A stretch of 64,000 bases of DNA from an uncultured delta proteobacterium (GTDB lineage Bacteria; Myxococcota_A; UBA9160; SMWR01): contig CAWHTE010000005.1 in NCBI GenBank assembly GCA_963832165.1, positions 192,001-256,000 of the forward strand, in the 5' to 3' direction. Every line of letters starts with the position of its first letter. Position 1 is the first letter of the stretch. Below the pieces are notes generated by a model. It was not told the DNA's origin and searched no databases. It worked only from the letters and a program-made list of their open reading frames with translations. Shown here in pieces: positions 60,828-64,000 of this stretch. The translations under genes and the position numbers were made by a program.

Positions 60828-61600
60828 TGCAGCGCCCGCTCCGCCGAGGTGATGAAGTCGTTCAGGAACGCGAGCGGGCCGTTCAGCATCGTGAAGCGAT
60901 TGATCGCGAGCAGGAATCCGACCCCCACGAGCACGAGTCCCGAGCCGATCTCGAGCGCGCGGAAGTGACGCTTCACGCGCGCGAACGCCGTGAAGAAACG
61001 CTCGATGCTCCAGCCCGCGACCAGGAACGGAACCGCGAGCCCGGCCGAGTAGACGAGCAGGAGGCCCATCCCCTGCAGCACCGTCTCGCGCCCGCCCGCG
61101 AGCGTGAGGATCGCCGCGAGGATCGGCCCGATGCACGGAGACCAGCCCAGTGCGAAGCCCGCGCCCACGAGCGCCGCGCTCGCGGTGCCGTGCCGGTTCA
61201 CCGCGAACGTGGGACGCGTGTCGCGGTAGAGCGCGCGGATCGGCGCGATCCCGGTCATGTGCAGACCCAGCAACAGGATCATCACGCCGGCGATCTGGCT
61301 GATCCCGATCTCGAAACCGAACAGGTCGAGTCGCCACGTGCGAACGACGCGGCCCACGGCCACGGCGCCGATCCCGAGCACCACGAACACGGCCGAGAAC
61401 CCGAACACGAAGCCCCAGGCCGCGCGCATCACGCGCCGACGCAGCTCCGTGTCGGTATCGCCTTCGCGCAGCTCCTCGACCGACAGGCCGGAGACGAGCG
61501 AGAGATAGGCCGGCATCAGCGGCAGCACGCACGGCGAGAGCACGGAGAGCAACCCCGCGACGAACGCCAGGAAGATGTCGGGACTGGCTTCGGGTGCCAT
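60824..61600 (-). CDS. ccdA: Cytochrome c biogenesis protein CcdA
   Basis: LSPCVLPL.P.Y, GWSPCIGPIL. Confidence 0.92.
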   Translation of the reverse strand: MAPEASPDIFLAFVAGLLSVLSPCVLPLMPAYLSLVSGLSVEELREGDTDTELRRRVMRAAWGFVFGFSAVFVVLGIGAVAVGRVVRTWRLDLFGFEIGISQIAGVMILLLGLHMTGIAPIRALYRDTRPTFAVNRHGTASAALVGAGFALGWSPCIGPILAAILTLAGGRETVLQGMGLLLVYSAGLAVPFLVAGWSIERFFTAFARVKRHFRALEIGSGLVLVGVGFLLAINRFTMLNGPLAFLNDFITSAERALQ

Positions 61601-61703
61601 CACGCGGAGCAAAGCACCCGGCTCTGACCCATGCCAGCAGTCTCGGGGCGCCAGCGCGTGGCTGGCGCCCCGAGATCTGCGACGATCCGAAGATCGATCT
61701 GGC

Positions 61704-62099
61704 TCAGTAGTCCGCGGACTCGAACGAGGCGTCCGGCGGTGCCGCCGCTGCCTGCTGCACCTCGCGGTACTGCGGCTCGCGGCCATAGAACTCGATGGTG
61801 CGCTCCATGCGGATGTGGTCCGGTGTCAGGACGTAGTCACCGCGCACGGCGGGCGACACGATCGCCTCGAGCACCTGGGTATCGCCGCCCGAGAGGCCCC
61901 AGCCCATGCCGCCGATCAGCAGGCCCATCGTCGCGTAGCAAAGCTTCACCGGCCCGTAGATGAGCGTGCTCAGGGCCGCCACCGCCCCGATGCCGCCCTC
62001 GCTCGGGCCCGAACCCAGATCCGCCCGCGCCGCCGTCGGTGCGGCCGCCACCACCAGGATCAGCGCCGTAAGGATCGCGCTGCGTCGCACTGCATTCAT
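61704..62099 (-). CDS. Hypothetical exported/membrane protein
   Basis: Signal peptide; YGPVKLCYA..G; RBS-like GGGAGG. Confidence 0.65.
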   Translation of the reverse strand: MNAVRRSAILTALILVVAAAPTAARADLGSGPSEGGIGAVAALSTLIYGPVKLCYATMGLLIGGMGWGLSGGDTQVLEAIVSPAVRGDYVLTPDHIRMERTIEFYGREPQYREVQQAAAAPPDASFESADY

Positions 62100-62399
62100 G
62101 TCCAACCTCCCGATCGCTGCACGCGGGCAGCGATCGCCGCTTGGTGCCGGCACCACGCCGGCCCCGATTGTCCCCGCGCTCTTCCGGAGTCGTGACGCAC
62201 GACCCCCGAAAGGAGATGGCTCTGGCGCAGCCCAGCCCCCCAGCCGGAACCACGTCGAGGTTCATCTCACGAAGACGACTGACCTCGGGACGGCGCCGTA
62301 CGTCCAGCCTTGGACGCAACCAAACGCCGTATCCCCCCGATCGGGAGCATGAGCGCCCCCTGGGGCCACGTCAAGCCCCTGTGCGAACTTCGCGTGGCT

Positions 62400-62849
62400 T
62401 CAGAACTCGCGCCGCGTATCGAGCAGGATCGTGACGGGCCCGGAGTTCACGAGCGACACGTCCATCGTGGCCTGGAACCGGCCCGCGACCACGGGCACGC
62501 CCGCCTCGCGCGCGGCCTCGAGCAGCGCGTCGAGCAGCGGCGCGGCGCGGTCGGCGGGTGCGGCCTGCGTGTACGAGGGCCGCTTGCCCTGCCGCGCATC
62601 ACCTAACAAGGTGAACTGCGAGACCACGCCGAGCGTTCCGCCCGTGTCGAGCAGCGAGCGGTTCATGCGGCCATCGGCGTCCGGGAACACGCGCAGCCCG
62701 ACCAGCTTGCGCGCGAGCTCGGCCGCGTCCTCGAGCGTGTCGTCGACCGCCACGCCGACCAGCGCGAGCAGCCCCTCGCGCATGCGCGCGATCTCCTCGC
62801 CACCCACGTGCACCGCGGCCTCGCGCACGCGCTGAGCCACGGCTCGCAT
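62400..62849 (-). CDS. dtd: D-aminoacyl-tRNA deacylase
   Basis: MRAVAQRV, SQFTL, NSGPVT. Confidence 0.96.
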   Translation of the reverse strand: MRAVAQRVREAAVHVGGEEIARMREGLLALVGVAVDDTLEDAAELARKLVGLRVFPDADGRMNRSLLDTGGTLGVVSQFTLLGDARQGKRPSYTQAAPADRAAPLLDALLEAAREAGVPVVAGRFQATMDVSLVNSGPVTILLDTRREF

Positions 62850-62852
62850 GCG

Positions 62853-63365
62853 CTAGATCTGGTCCTGTCGCGCGAAGCGCCCCTCGTAGCGCGCCTCGCC
62901 CTCGGTGCGCATCAACACGATCTGACACAGGCGCACGCCCGCGTGGATGCGCAGCGGATGACCCGAGACGTTGCTCATCTCGAGCACCTGGCGGTTGTCG
63001 ACGCCGGGCTGCACGAACGCCGAGGTGACGTGGATCATGAGGCCGAGCCGCGCGAAACGGCTGCGCCCTTCCAGGAATCCGCACAGGTTCGCGGGCAGCC
63101 GGATCCGCTCGCGCGTGATGCCGTGGATCGTGCTGCCCGGCATGAGTACGTAGGGCTCCGCGAGCGTCGCGACGCGCGTGTAATCGCGATAGTCGGAGTC
63201 GGCCACGAGATCGATCGCCTGCTCGGGATGCTCGATCACGCGGATCTCGTGGCCGAGCGTGAGATCGATCGATGCGGCGCCGAGCTGATCCGCTTCGAAG
63301 GGCGTGATCACGAGCCGCCCCGCGTCGAGCTCGGCGCGGATTGCATCGCGCGTGAGTACGGTCAT
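62853..63365 (-). CDS. dcd: dCTP deaminase
   Basis: ASIDLTL, GRSRFARLGL, VQPG, LE. Confidence 0.88.
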   Translation of the reverse strand: MTVLTRDAIRAELDAGRLVITPFEADQLGAASIDLTLGHEIRVIEHPEQAIDLVADSDYRDYTRVATLAEPYVLMPGSTIHGITRERIRLPANLCGFLEGRSRFARLGLMIHVTSAFVQPGVDNRQVLEMSNVSGHPLRIHAGVRLCQIVLMRTEGEARYEGRFARQDQI

Positions 63366-63412
63366 CGTCGGCTCGCGCGGGTCATCGGGCGTCGCATGAT
63401 ACCGTAGGGTTC

Positions 63413-64000
63413 ATGCACCCGTTCTTCGCCCTGCCGCGACCGCTCGCGATCGGGCACCGCGGGTGCGCGGGCGAGGTGCCCGAGAACACCATCGCGTCGT
63501 TCCAGCGCGCGGTGCGCGATGGCGCGGTCGTGATCGAGACCGACGTGCACCTCACGCGCGACCGCGTTCCGATCCTGTTGCACGACGGCGACGTCGCGCG
63601 CGTGACCGATGGCGAAGGCGCCGCGCGCGATCTCGACTGGGACGCGATCCGGCGCCTCGACGCCGGCTATCGCTTCAGCACGCCGGACGGCCGCACGCCG
63701 TTTCGCGGCGAGGGCCTGCGCATCCCGACCCTCGCCGAGGCGCTCGATGCGCTGCCGGGCATGCGCTTCAACCTCGAGCTCAAGGAAGATCGGCCCGAGA
63801 TCAGCGAGCGCGTGCTCGGAGTGATCCGCGATGCCGGGCGCGAAGAAATCACGCTCGTCACTTCGGGTGAGGACCGGCTCATGGAGAAGCTGCGCAGCGC
63901 CGTGTCGCACTGCAGCGCGCGCGTGGCACTCGGCGCATGCACGGGCGATGTCGCGGGCTTCGTGCGCGCGGCGCGCGACGGCGTCGCGCCGCCGTCCGGG
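63413..64000 (+). CDS. Glycerophosphodiester phosphodiesterase (partial, runs off the window end)
   Basis: Manual translation: IGHRG, PENT, IETDV, HD, IPTL.E, NLELK. Confidence 0.92.
   Translation, partial: MHPFFALPRPLAIGHRGCAGEVPENTIASFQRAVRDGAVVIETDVHLTRDRVPILLHDGDVARVTDGEGAARDLDWDAIRRLDAGYRFSTPDGRTPFRGEGLRIPTLAEALDALPGMRFNLELKEDRPEISERVLGVIRDAGREEITLVTSGEDRLMEKLRSAVSHCSARVALGACTGDVAGFVRAARDGVAPPSG

Overview
High-GC bacterial chromosomal window; gene content and order suggest a deltaproteobacterial/Myxococcota-like organism (inference). From 11.6 kb onward it is mostly housekeeping: alkA, a gspE-like ATPase with two AAA ATPases, rfbB, scpAB, lnt, cca-xerD-glnD-amidase-mutS-lapAB-ihfB-rpsA-tyrA-hisC-pheA, coaE, trpEGDCFBA, lptD, ccdA/tlpA, dtd and dcd. 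Many of these genes carry single-base frameshifts that look like assembly indel errors. The accessory part is a ~9.5 kb element (2061-11558) integrated in the 3' end of tRNA-Glu, bounded by a 28-bp direct repeat. It has phage-satellite (PICI-like) anatomy: tyrosine integrase, HTH regulator, P4/D5-type primase-helicase, iteron origin, a lambda-like cosQ/cosN candidate, a Nu1-like small terminase, and no capsid or tail genes. Its cargo slot holds an integron array (attI-like site, three cassettes, attC sites) with no integron integrase. The last attC is interrupted by an IS1111-type IS110 element whose downstream non-coding region contains readable target and donor guide segments (bridge/seekRNA-like). 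Coordinates were read by eye and protein calls rest on motif recognition, not database searches.
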